This document shows, one piece after another, positions 14,231 through 26,659 of a stretch of 64,000 nt of DNA (its first letter is position 1; every line of letters starts with the position of its first letter). The notes under the pieces were generated by a model. It was not told the origin of the DNA and did no database searches. It saw nothing but the letters and a program-made list of their open reading frames with translations. This DNA is from Octopus vulgaris (Eukaryota). The DNA lies in assembly GCA_951406725.2 (NCBI GenBank), contig CATOCA020000001.1, positions 8,432,001 through 8,496,000 on the forward strand, read 5' to 3'. The position numbers and the translations under genes are program-made.

Positions 14231-14579
14231 TCGCCTACACTCGCCTCCTTATGAGAGCTCAAAATCTCTCGTGGAGGCGCCATCCAACCAAAATGCAAAT
14301 ATATGGGAAACTACCACCTGTGTCATCTCTTGTGAAAGGTAGGAGAGTCCAGTTTGCTGGACATTGTTGTAGAGCTGAAAACAAGGTAATTTCTACTCTT
14401 CTCCTCTGGAAGCCATCTGCTCGCAATACCAGAGGGCGCACACTCTCCTACCCTGATGTAATCTCCAGGGATGCAGGCATCCAGCAACAGGACCTCCGTA
14501 ATGCTATGATGGACCGTGAAGTATGGCGTAACATAGTAAATTCCATTGTCTCGATCACGGTCGAACAATGATGTTGATG
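14231..14579 (+). mobile_element. 5'-truncated RTE-type LINE (ORF C-terminus, short GAT tail) with 11-bp target-site duplication
   Basis: Translation IYGKLPPVSSLVKGRRVQFAGHCCR...AMMDREVWRNIV resembles RTE C-termini; attatattcac repeated at 14220-14230 and 14580-14590. Confidence 0.8.
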
Positions 14580-14637
14580 ATTATATTCACGCACACACAT
14601 ACAGACAGACAGACCGACCGACAGATAATAGATAGAT

Positions 14638-14791
14638 AACTTTTTATTGTAGCCACACAGGGCTAAACACAGAATAAAAATGGACGAAATACAATGTAGA
14701 ATATTTTCTTTTCGAGGTGGGATGGGTGGGGCACAAAAAAAAACAACGTTTGATCAATAGGGATCTGTGGGTTGTGTGGTGTATAAAAAAG

Positions 14792-14865
<74 letters not shown>

Positions 14866-15261
14866 CGTTTTATTGTAGCCACACAGGGCTAAACACAGAT
14901 TCAAAATGGACGAAATACAATGTAGAATTTTTTTCTTTTCAGGTGGGATGGGTGGGGCACAAAAAAAAAACAACGTTTGATCAATAGGGATCTGTGGGGT
15001 TGTGTGGTGTATAAAAAGCAATATATATATATATATATAAGGTTCACAGTTTAGGTGTAGCCTTGGAAAGAAAAACCTACAAAAAAGACCAAGGTCACCT
15101 CAGACAATTCGAAAAAGAACACATGAGCATGTCGCCTTACTTCTCGTTGTCTCTTTTGGTTACAGATTTATGCTTAAAATAGTGTCGTCTTTCATACTGA
15201 CCATTTTTGCCACTTTTACCCACTTTTTATTAAAACATTCGTTCGACAAAGCCTTCCTCTC

Positions 15262-15262
<1 letters not shown>
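14638..15262 (-). mobile_element. 5'-truncated Tx1-type LINE with tandemly duplicated 3' UTR (14638-14793 and 14865-15020)
   Basis: Minus strand 15262-15160 reads [33 protein letters not shown], homologous to ERQVLSSERFKKRWVNVARMARMNDEATLSIIL* at 48777-48878; 3' end ctgtgtttagccctgtgtggctacaataaaa. Confidence 0.82.
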
Positions 15263-15310
<48 letters not shown>

Positions 15311-15341
15311 GGAAAAAAATAGATAGATAGATCGATAGAGC

Positions 15342-15399
<58 letters not shown>

Positions 15400-15581
15400 A
15401 ATATAAAGATAGATAGATAGAAATATAAAGATAGATAGATAAGTTTCTTTATTGGCTACACAGGGCTACACACAGATGGGACAAGTTACAAGGTAGAGCT
15501 TTTCTTTTGGGGGAGAAAAAAAGGAAAAAAAAAAAAAGGTGGCGTAGGTTTTCGATCAAAAGGGATCGTAAAAGGGGAAAA

Positions 15582-15641
<60 letters not shown>

Positions 15642-15670
15642 GTAGGTAGGTAGGTAGGTAGGTAGGTATG

Positions 15671-15722
<52 letters not shown>

Positions 15723-15736
15723 TAGAGAGAGACAGC

Positions 15737-15772
<36 letters not shown>

Positions 15773-15799
15773 TATAGATAGATAGATAGATAGAAATAT

Positions 15800-15840
<41 letters not shown>

Positions 15841-15875
15841 AATATAAAGATAGATAGATAGATAGATGGATATAG
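15263..15875. repeat. (GATA)n/(GACA)n/(GGTA)n array interrupted by a Tx1 3' end
   Basis: Direct inspection. Confidence 0.95.
15440..15585 (-). mobile_element. Terminal ~145 bp of Tx1-type LINE
   Basis: Reverse complement matches 49140-49262 (ccccttttacgatcccttttgatcgaaaacctacgccac...ttgtcccatctgtgtg). Confidence 0.85.
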
Positions 15876-16219
15876 ACAAAAGACAGAGAGAGTGATAAAA
15901 AGACAGACACAGAAACGGAGATAAGAATGCGAATATATTTTCTTGCTGCGCAACGTCCATAACGGACACACAGACACACGCTAACATTAGCACAAGTCAG
16001 TCAAATTAGTCAGTCGCTGGCGAGGCCGTCTGTGCTAGTTATCGCCGAGAGACCCTAAACTCTTGTGACTGTAGTAGTTCTACTATACGTATATTATATT
16101 ATATATCGCTCACACAGACACATAATTACACTCCACACAGGATTGTGAGCAAATGCAGACGCTCACAAACCCAAACACGTACGTACGGTCGCATTGGAAG
16201 CTATACCTGAACAAAACAT

Positions 16220-16608
16220 TACTCTTTTACTTGTTTCAGGCATTTGACTGCGGCCATGCTGGAGCACCGCCTTTAGTCGAGCAAATCGACCCCGGGACTT
16301 ATTCTTTGGAAGCCCAGTACTTATTCTATCGGTCTCTTTTTGCCGAACCGCTAAGTGACAGGGACGTAAACACACCAGCATCGGTTGTCAAGCTATGCTA
16401 GGGGGACAAACACACACACACACACACATACATACATATATATATATACGACAGGCTTCTTTCAGTTTCCGTCTACCAATTCCACTCACAAGGCATTGGT
16501 CGGCCCGGGGCTATAGCAGAAGACACTTGCCCAAGATGCCACGCAGTGGGACTGAACCTGGAAACATGTGGTTGGTTAGCAAGCTACTTACCACACAGCC
16601 ACTCCTAC

Positions 16609-16657
<49 letters not shown>

Positions 16658-16700
16658 TATATACATATATATATACATATATATATACATATATATATAC

Positions 16701-16758
<58 letters not shown>

Positions 16759-17263
16759 GACAGGCTTCTTTCAGTTTCCGTCTACCAAATCCACTCACAA
16801 GGCATTGGTCGGCCCGGGGCTATAGCAGAAGACACTTGCCCAAGATGCCACGCAGTGGGACTGAACCTGGAACCATGTGGTTGGTTAGCAAGCTAATTAC
16901 CACACAGCAACTCCTGCGCCTATTACGAGAACGTGCGTGTACATATATATTATTTATCCCCGAATATGTTTTGATCTAAATATGTTCAGTTAGAACAAAC
17001 TATACTGTGTTAGATACACGAGAGAAGTACACTCTCGGTTTTAATGTATAGCCTCTGTCGTAACTATTTATTTTTATCACACACACACACACACACACAC
17101 ATATATACACAACGGGCTTCTTTCAGTTTCCCTCTACCAAATCCACCCACGAGGCTTTGGTCGGCCTGAGGCTATAGTAGAAGACACTTGCCTAAGGTGC
17201 CACGCAGTGGGACTGAACCCGGAACCATGTGGTTGGTAAGCAAGCTACTTATCACACAGCCAC

Positions 17264-17314
<51 letters not shown>

Positions 17315-17666
17315 GCAAGTCTTTTACTTGTTTTAGCCATTAGACTTCGGCATTGATTTGAAGAATTTTTAGTCGTATGTAACCACCCCAGCACTTTTGT
17401 CTTTTTTTTTTCAATAAATCTGGTACTTACTCTATTACAAGGACGTAAACATACCAACATCGATTGCCATGAGATGGTGGGGGAAGTCACACATACACAC
17501 ATATATATACGACGGACTTCTTTCAGTTTCCCTCTACCAAATCCACTCAGAAGGCTTTGATCGGCCCGAGGCTAAAGACACTTGGCCAAGGTGTCATGCT
17601 GTGGGAGTGAACCCGGAACCAAGTGGTTGGCGAGCGGACTTCTTAACACAGAGCCATGCCTGCGCC
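16220..17666 (-). mobile_element. SINE family A cluster (full 16220-16611, head 16757-16921, head 17110-17262, diverged 17320-17666)
   Basis: Similarity to family A; copies separated by (TA)n. Confidence 0.85.
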
Positions 17667-17667
17667 T

Positions 17668-18075
17668 ATTGGCAGAATCGTTAGCACGCTGGACGAAATG
17701 CTAAGCGGTATTTCGTCTGGCGTTACGTTCCGAGTTCAAATTCCGCCAAGGTCGACTTAGCCTTTCATCCTTTCTGGGTTGATAAACTAAGTACCAGTTA
17801 CGCACTGGGGTCGATGTAGTCGACTTAATCCGTTTGTCTGTCCTTGTCTGTCCTCTCTGTGTTTAGCCCCTTGTGGGTAATAAAGAAATAGGTATTTCGT
17901 CTGGCGTTACGTTCCGAGTTCATATTCGGCCGAGGTCGACTTTGGCTTTCATCCTTTCGGGGTCGATAAATTAAGTACCAGTTAAGCACTGGAGTCGATA
18001 TGATCGACTTAATCCGTTCGTCTGTCCTTGTTTGTCTCCTCTGTGTTTAGCCCCATTGTCGGTAGTAAGAAAAAA
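17668..18075 (+). mobile_element. tRNA-derived SINE family C, with tandem duplication of its 3' ~180 bp
   Basis: A box tggcagaatcgttag, B box gagttcaaattcc; core gcctttcatcctttcggggtcgataaattaagtaccag (Meta-domain-like); second unit restarts at ggtatttcgtc 17891. Confidence 0.8.
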
Positions 18076-18645
18076 TATATATAACGGTTCTCTTTTCTCC
18101 TCAAGTTGTATATGTTTCAGATACGGCCATACTGCAGCATCTCGAAGAATTTTTTTTGTCGAATGATTCAATGCCAGTACTTCAACATTTCCACCCCCTT
18201 TTGTAACTTTGGTACTTTACTCTAACGGTCTCTATGGCAGGGCGTGGTGGGGGAAGAAACACATACACACAGACAGACACACACACACACACACATACGT
18301 CGAATGAAACAATATTATTCTGTAGTTTCCATTTGTAACGGAATCGTTTGTCAAACCATTAGATAACGGGAACGTAAGCACACCAACACCGGTTGTCAAG
18401 CGGTGGGGGAGAGACACACAGACACACACACGTGTGTATAAAAGTATATATATATATATATATATATCAGAGAACAAAATCTATCAGAAAGGAACTCTAT
18501 CTCTCCTTAAAAAATATCTTTTGATAAGCATAACAAATGCGCAACGGGTAAAAAGAACTTTCACCTAATTAAATACACTCTCCCTTACTTAAATTAGTTC
18601 CTTTTTTTATATATCACAACTCGTGTTCCACATCTCCTTTTTTAA

Positions 18646-18698
<53 letters not shown>

Positions 18699-18824
18699 CA
18701 TGCACAAAGATACACGATTAGTATATTCATACACATATATGTATGTGTATGTATATATATATAAAATATATATGTATACATACTTGTAGCCATATGTATA
18801 CACACACACACACACACATATATA

Positions 18825-19193
18825 TACTCTTTACTCTTTTACATGTTTCAGTCATTTGACTGCGGCCATGCTGGAGCACCGCCTTTAGTCGAGCAACTCG
18901 ACCTCGGGACTTATTCTTTTGTAAGCCCAGCACTTATTTTATTGGTCTTTTTTGCCGAACCGCTAAGTAACGGGGACATAAACACACCAGCTCGGTTGTC
19001 AAACAATGCTAGGGGGACTAATACAGACACACAAACACACACACGCATATATATATACATATATACGACGGGCTTCTTTCAGTTTCCATCTACCAAATCC
19101 ACTCACAAGGATTTGGTCTGTCTGAGGCTATAGTAGAAGACACTTGCCCAAGGTGCCACGGAACAAGCTACTTACTACACAGCCACTCCTGCG

Positions 19194-19195
<2 letters not shown>
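18825..19195 (-). mobile_element. SINE family A with internal deletion in head
   Basis: Family A similarity; B-box region missing at ~19160. Confidence 0.82.
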
Positions 19196-19241
<46 letters not shown>

Positions 19242-19397
19242 TATGTATACCTACTTGTAGTCATATGTACACACACGCACACACATATATATATGAAAAT
19301 TCCTAACTTTGAGTTAGGAATAATATTCCCTCAAATAATTATTATATATATATGGACATATATATATATGCACACACATGAACATATATGTGCGTAC

Positions 19398-19433
<36 letters not shown>

Positions 19434-19619
19434 GTGTGCATGTGTGTGAGTATATATATTTATACACACACACACCAATTCTATAATTAAGGTTAGTTTG
19501 CACGGACATTTACTAAGTAGGGTGGCTCTGTTTATCAAATCAACTGGAACCCTCGTCGTCGTCTTATATATATAGACAAGTGTATACATTTCGTACTTAG
19601 AAACACGTATTCGACATAT

Positions 19620-19668
<49 letters not shown>

Positions 19669-19671
<3 letters not shown>

Positions 19672-20440
19672 AGTGGCTGTGTGGTAATTAGCTTGCTAAC
19701 CAACCACATGATTCCGGGTTCAGTCCCACTGCGTGGAATCTTGGGCGAGTGACTTCTGCTATAGCCCCGGGCCGACCAATGCCTTGTGAGTGGATTTGGT
19801 ACACGGAAACTGAAAGAAGCCTGTCGTATATATGTATATCGACTTAGGGGTGGCTGTGTGGTAAGTAGCTTGCTTAAGAACCACATGGTTCCGGGTTCAG
19901 TCCCACTGCGTGGCATCTTGGGCAAGTGTCTTCTGCTATAGCCTCGGGCCGACCAATGCCTTGTGAGTGGATTTGGTAGACGGAAACTGAAAGAAGCCTG
20001 GCGTATATATGTATATAGACTTAGGGGTGGCTGTGTGGTAAGTAGCTTGCTTACGAACTACATGGTTCCGGGTTCGGTCCCACTGCGTGGCATCTTAGGC
20101 ATGTATCTTCTGCTATAGCCCCGGGTCGACCAATGCCTTGTGAGTGGATTTGGTAGATGGAAACTGAAAGAAGCCTGTCGTATATCTGTATATATATATA
20201 TATGTGTGTATGTGTGTTTGTGTGTCTGTGTTTGTCCCCCTAGCATTGCTTGACAACCGATGCTGGTGTGTTTACGTCCCCGTCACTTAGCGGTTCGGCC
20301 CAAGAGACCGATAGAATAAGTACTGGGCTTACAAAGAATAAGTCCCGGGGTCGATTTGCTCGACTAAAAGGCGGTGCTCCAGCATGCCCGCAGTCAAATG
20401 ACTGAAACAAGTAAACGAGTAAAAGAGAAAAGAGAGAGTA
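19669..20440 (+). mobile_element. SINE family A with three tandem heads and one 3' half
   Basis: Heads at ~19669, ~19847, ~20024; heads 2 and 3 share the gacttagggg junction. Confidence 0.88.
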
Positions 20441-20713
20441 TATATATATAAATATGTATATATATGCATATATATATATATGTGTACATATATGTATATA
20501 ATATGTATATACATGTATTTGTGTATGTCTGTGTGCGTGTGTTTACATGTTTCTGTCATTAGATTCTGGTCATGCTGGGGCACCGCCTAGAAGAGAGCTT
20601 TAGCTGAACGAATCGACTAATTATTGGCCTATTTTTTTCTAAAGCCTAGTACATATTCTGCCATTCCCGTGCCGGTTGTCAAACGATGGTAGATTGTGTA
20701 CACACAAGCACAC

Positions 20714-20791
<78 letters not shown>

Positions 20792-20926
20792 TATTCATAT
20801 ATATACATATATATATACAATTATATATGTATAAATATAAATATATATATATATATATAAATATACACACATATATATATATAGATATATAAATATATGT
20901 ATATACATACATACTCACACATATAT

Positions 20927-20973
<47 letters not shown>

Positions 20974-20976
<3 letters not shown>

Positions 20977-21366
20977 TCTTTTACTTGTTTCAGTCATTTG
21001 ACTGCGGCCATGCTGGAGCACCGCCTTTAATCGAGCAACTCAACCCCGGGACTTATTCATTGTAAGCCTAGTACTTATTCTATCGGTCTTTTTTGCCGAA
21101 CCGCTAATTGTCGGGGACAGAAACACACCAGCATCGGTTGTCAAGCAATGCTAGGGGACAAACACAAACACATATATATATATATATATACATATATACG
21201 ACGGGCTTCTTTCAGTTTCCATCTACCAAATCCACTCACAAGGAAATGGTTGGCCCGGTGCTATAGTAGAAGACACTTGCCCACGTTGCCACACAGTGGG
21301 ACTGAACCCGGAACCATTTGGTTGGTTAGCTAGCTACTTATCACACAGCCACTCCTGCGCCTGTAA

Positions 21367-21400
<34 letters not shown>

Positions 21401-21590
21401 TTATACAAACATACATACATATATATGACGGGCTTCCTTCAGTTTCCGTCTACCAAATCCACTCACAAGGCATTTGTCAGCCCGAGGCTATAGTAGAAGA
21501 CACTTGCCCAAGGTACCCCGCAGTGGGACTGAACCCGGAACCATGTGGTTGGTAAGCAAGCTACTTACCACACAGCCACTCCTGCTCCTA
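20974..21590 (-). mobile_element. SINE family A full copy (20974-21362) plus extra head (21426-21590)
   Basis: Family A similarity. Confidence 0.86.
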
Positions 21591-21647
21591 TAAGTATATA
21601 TATATACTTATACGTAAACGTATATATAAATATACATACTATAATTG

Positions 21648-21689
<42 letters not shown>

Positions 21690-21694
<5 letters not shown>

Positions 21695-21801
21695 TATTAT
21701 ACTCATATTTAGATGTGTATATATATATATAGCAGATATTATACACATATTTAGACGTGTATATATATATATATTGCAGATATTATACACATATTTAGAT
21801 G

Positions 21802-21835
<34 letters not shown>

Positions 21836-21858
21836 GCAGATATTATACACATATTTAG

Positions 21859-21900
<42 letters not shown>

Positions 21901-21950
21901 CTTGTATGTATACACGCTGATATTATACAGATATACTTAAATATGTGTAT
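21690..21950. repeat. Minisatellite cagatattatacacatatttagatgtg+(TA)n, about 5 units
   Basis: Units at ~21691, 21733, 21777, 21837, 21917; mirrored at 43810-44070. Confidence 0.85.
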
Positions 21951-22052
21951 ACATATATATATGAATATATATACATATATACACACATAATATATATGTA
22001 TATACACACACACACATAATATATATGTATATACACACACATTTCATATACA

Positions 22053-22099
<47 letters not shown>

Positions 22100-22100
<1 letters not shown>

Positions 22101-22493
22101 GGATGGAATGGAAGCACTCCGTTGGTTACGACGACGAGGGTTCCAGTTGATCCGATCAACGGAACAGCCTGCTCGTGAAATTAACGTGCAAGTGGCTGGG
22201 CACTCCACAGACTCGTGTACCCTTAACGTAGTCCTCGGGGGAGATTCAGCGTGACACAGAGAGTGACAAGGCTGGCCCTTTGAAATACAGGTACAACAGA
22301 AACAGGAAGAAAGAGTGAGAGAAAGTTGTGGTGAAAGAGTACAGCAGGGTTCACCACCATCCCCTGCAGGAGCCTCATGGAGCTTTTAGGTGTTTTCGCT
22401 CAATAAACACTCAGAACGCCCGGTCTGGGAATCGAAACCGCGATCCTATGACCGCGAGTCCGCTGCCCTAACCACTGGGCCATTGCGCCTCCA
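22100..22493 (-). mobile_element. tRNA-derived SINE family B, full length, inserted in (TA)n
   Basis: Minus head ggaggcgcaatggcccagtggttagggcagcggactcgcgg...ggtttcgattccc (A and B boxes); tail ttccattccatcc. Confidence 0.85.
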
Positions 22494-22755
22494 CATATAT
22501 ATATATATATATATATATGCATATATATATATATATATATATACGTACATACATACATACATAAATGCGCATTTATATATCTATGGATACGTACATACAG
22601 CAATAGATACGTCGAGGCGGAGAACTTTTGCCGGACGCTAGCAAAACTTCTGCTGCTGTTTCGAGTTCCTTGCACTGATATAGATTCATTCCGAATTTTG
22701 GACAGGAGCCCCTACTTTACACACACACACATGTACAAGCATATATATATATATG

Positions 22756-22786
<31 letters not shown>

Positions 22787-22831
22787 TATAAATGAATATA
22801 TATATATATATATATATAATATATATATAAA

Positions 22832-22863
<32 letters not shown>

Positions 22864-22972
22864 CATAATATATATATATACATATACATAATATATATAT
22901 ATACATAATATATATATATACAAATATACATATATATATATATAATATATATAAATATATACATATGCATGC

Positions 22973-23020
<48 letters not shown>

Positions 23021-23137
23021 TAGTTTATACATATATTCATATATAGTTTATTTATATATTATGTATGTATATATATATAAATATATATATACATATACAC
23101 GTTTATGTGTAACATACATATATGTATAAATATATAC

Positions 23138-23170
<33 letters not shown>

Positions 23171-23285
23171 ATATATACATACATATACACATATATATCT
23201 ATACATACATATATATATATATATATATACATACATATACATATATACATTTTATGTATATACATAACTATATAGTCACACAGAC

Positions 23286-23352
<67 letters not shown>

Positions 23353-23472
23353 TACAAAGAGGGATCTTGGTAGACCTACTATTACTCTATTGCTAATTAA
23401 GTCCTTGTGGAAGATGGGAATAAGGGCTTGCCGTATTCCTTACGGTTGGGCTTTTTTGCGTTCTGAATTGAA

Positions 23473-23629
23473 ATCGGTCTCTTTTGCCGAACCGCTAAGT
23501 AACGGGTACGTAAACACACCAGCATCTGTTGTCAAGCAATGCTAGGTGGACAAACACACATAAAAATATATATATACATATATACGACAGGCTTCTTTCA
23601 GTTTCCGTCTACCAAATCCACTCACAAGG

Positions 23630-23663
<34 letters not shown>

Positions 23664-23931
23664 TTTTACTTGTTTCAGTCATTTGACTGCGGCCATGCTG
23701 GAGCACTGCCTTTAGTCGAGCAACTCGACCCCGGGACTTATTCTTTTGTAAGCCCAGTACTTATTCTATCGGTCTCTTTTGCCGAACGGCTAAGTAACGG
23801 GTGCGTAAACACACCAGCATCTGTTGTCAAGCGATGCTAGGGGGACAAACACACACACACACATATAAATATATATATACATATACACGGCAGGCTTCTT
23901 TCAGTTTCCGCTACGAAATCCACTCACAAGG

Positions 23932-23989
<58 letters not shown>

Positions 23990-24140
23990 TCTTTTACTTG
24001 TTTCAGTCATTTGACTGCGGCCATGCAGGAGCACCGCCTTTTTAATCGAGCAACTCGACCCCGGGACTTATTCTTAGTAAGCCCAGTATTCTATCGGTCT
24101 ATTTTGCCGAACCACTAGGTGACGGGGACGTAAACACAAT
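23473..24140 (-). mobile_element. Three tandem partial SINE family A copies
   Basis: First two truncated at the identical point acaaggctt|tatata. Confidence 0.82.
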
Positions 24141-24599
24141 CAACAGATCACAAAAACGGACATTGAATAGTGTGCAAAAAGCATAAGGAAAGTAAAAGAA
24201 TATATACATGCATCTATCTATATATATATAGATACATCTATCTATATATATATATATACATACATCTATCTATACATATATACATACATCTATATATATA
24301 TATATACATACATCTATCTATATATATATATACATACATCTATCTATATATATATATACATACATCTATCTATATATATATATACATACATCTATCTATA
24401 TCTATATATATATATATATAACATACATCTATATGTATATATACATACATCTACATATACATATACATACATATATCTATATATATATATATATATATAA
24501 TGTGCGTGTGTGTGTGTGTCCATATACATATATATATATGTGTGTGTGTATACACACACACACACACACAAACATACATTCTTCTACGGAAACATCCAC

Positions 24600-24761
24600 A
24601 GCGCAGGAGTGGCTGTGTGGTAAGTAGCTTGCTAACCAGCCACATGGTTCCGGGTTCAGTCCCACTGCGTGGCATCTTGGGCATGTATCTTCTGCTATAG
24701 CCCCGGGCCGACCAATGCCTTGTGAGTGGATTTGGTAGACGGAAACTGAAAGAAGCCCATC

Positions 24762-24805
<44 letters not shown>

Positions 24806-25035
24806 GTGTGTGTGTGTTTTGTGTCTGTGTTTGTCCCCCTAGCATTGCTTGACAACCGATGCCGGTGTGTTTACGTCCCCGTCATTTAGCGGTTCGGCAA
24901 AAAGAGTCCGATAGAATAAGTACTGGGCTTACAAAAAAATAAGTCCCGGGGTCGAGTTGCTCGACTAAAGGCGGTGCACCAGCATGGCCGCACTCAAATG
25001 ACTGAAACAAGTAAAAGAGTAAAAGAGAGAGTAAA
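24600..25035 (+). mobile_element. SINE family A, full length
   Basis: Family A similarity; aaaagagt tail. Confidence 0.88.
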
Positions 25036-25182
25036 AAATATAATTTTTTTTTCTTTCCCCCCTCCTTTTTTTTTTTCTTTTTTCCTTCTTACTGGTTCGT
25101 AATACAAGAACAATTTATGTTCTGATATACAGGCACTGTTACAAAACCGGGTTATTTTACAGGCAAGTCTCTCTCTCTTCTT

Positions 25183-25425
25183 ACTCCGTCAGTTGCGACG
25201 ATGAGGGTCCCAGCTGATACGATCAACGTGTACCCTTAACGACACAGAGAGTGACAAGGCCGGCCCTTTGAAATACAGGTACAACAGAAACAGGAAGAAA
25301 GCGTGAGAGAAAGTTGTGGTGAAAGAGTACAGCGGGGTTCACCACCATCCCATGCAGGAGCACTCCGTCGGTTACGACGATGAGGGTCCCAGGTGATACG
25401 GTCAACGGAACAGCCTGCTCATGAA
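25183..25425 (-). mobile_element. Rearranged fragments of SINE family B
   Basis: Two partial 3' segments matching 22115-22370. Confidence 0.78.
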
Positions 25426-26659
25426 ATGGTGTTGATTTATCAAACAATCTGTATTTTTTAAAACTATACATACGTGTTTATCTATGCATTCATATACATA
25501 TATATATAAGTATGTACATACATATATATATAAGCATGTACATACATATATATATAAGTATGTACATACATATATACCGTGTGGTTGGTAAGCAAGCTAC
25601 TTCCCATTCAGACACTCCTGTTTGTTAACCTGACAACAAGTTCAAGGTTAGCTCTCATTGGTTGTATACAAAATGAGTTCATTAATGGGGTCCTGAACTG
25701 TCGCGGGGGAAAGAAACTTTCGTGGCTGGGTCACATGAGACGATGCGACCACCTTAGATATGGGTGGACTGTGTTCACACAAGAACAAACACCGACACGT
25801 CCACACTCATGCACATGCATACATGCAAAGACGCACACTGGTAGCTATTTATGCTTTAAATGTGTTCACCTTAGAACCGAAACATTATGAAGAAATTATA
25901 TGAGTGTGTGGGTCAGCCAATATGTGTGTGTGAGTATGAGTGTGTGCTTTCATTCCTGTGTCTGTTTGCACCCGCTCATGTATGAGAAAGTGCTTCCAGT
26001 TCATTGCTTGAGCTTGTATACGTGTGTGTGTGTTTAACTGGGTTTTCATTTCCGTGTGTGTGATAGCGTGTGTGTGTGTGTGTGTGTATTTTCATTTCAA
26101 TGTTTGTGCGTATGTGTGTGTGACTCTTGTTATTTCTGTGACCGTCTGTGTGAACGACTGTGTATTTTTATTTGTTTGTGTCTGTGCGACTTCCCCAACT
26201 TACTCCACTTTTACCACAAATGGTCATACCCCTGCCCTCCAAGAGCGACCCCTGCCTGATGCAGTTTATCCCCCATCCAGCAATTGTCCTGTTAGTCGCT
26301 CTGCCAGACTCGCAAAGACTAAAAGCCTGACGCACAACTGACACGTTGCTCCTTGATCGTCACACCATCAATATTGATTAAGGGTCTCTCGCACTAATTA
26401 TTAAATTTTCGTTAATCATTTAATACATATTATCAGTCTTCTTTGCTTCCCTCACATGACTTGCGGAGGGAATAGGGGATTAGAACTAAACATACATATA
26501 TTATCATTTATTACATTACATTCAATTAGCCATACATTATTAGTTTCATTATCCAAATATTTTCCTTCACGTTTCAGGTATACCGAGGACCTTCTTTTTC
26601 ATTGCTTCAATCAGTGTACATAAAGTGTTTGTGAAAGGAAAGAGTTTTCACACTTATTT

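Larger units (their letters stand above)
20684..23481 (+). repeat. Left arm of local inverted segmental duplication (partner 42263-45364)
   Basis: Unique stretches (20684-20720, 22560-22745, 23355-23481) are near-exact reverse complements of the partner. Confidence 0.92.

Noticed and set aside
22430-22493. tRNA-like sequences in SINE heads (also 43268, 56112, 49620)
   Set aside because: A/B boxes are present but there is no complete cloverleaf or acceptor stem, and they are attached to repeat bodies; not called as tRNA genes
11634-25035. Recurrent ORFs such as [19 protein letters not shown] and YI/CV-rich ORFs
   Set aside because: Translations of SINE A and dinucleotide repeats
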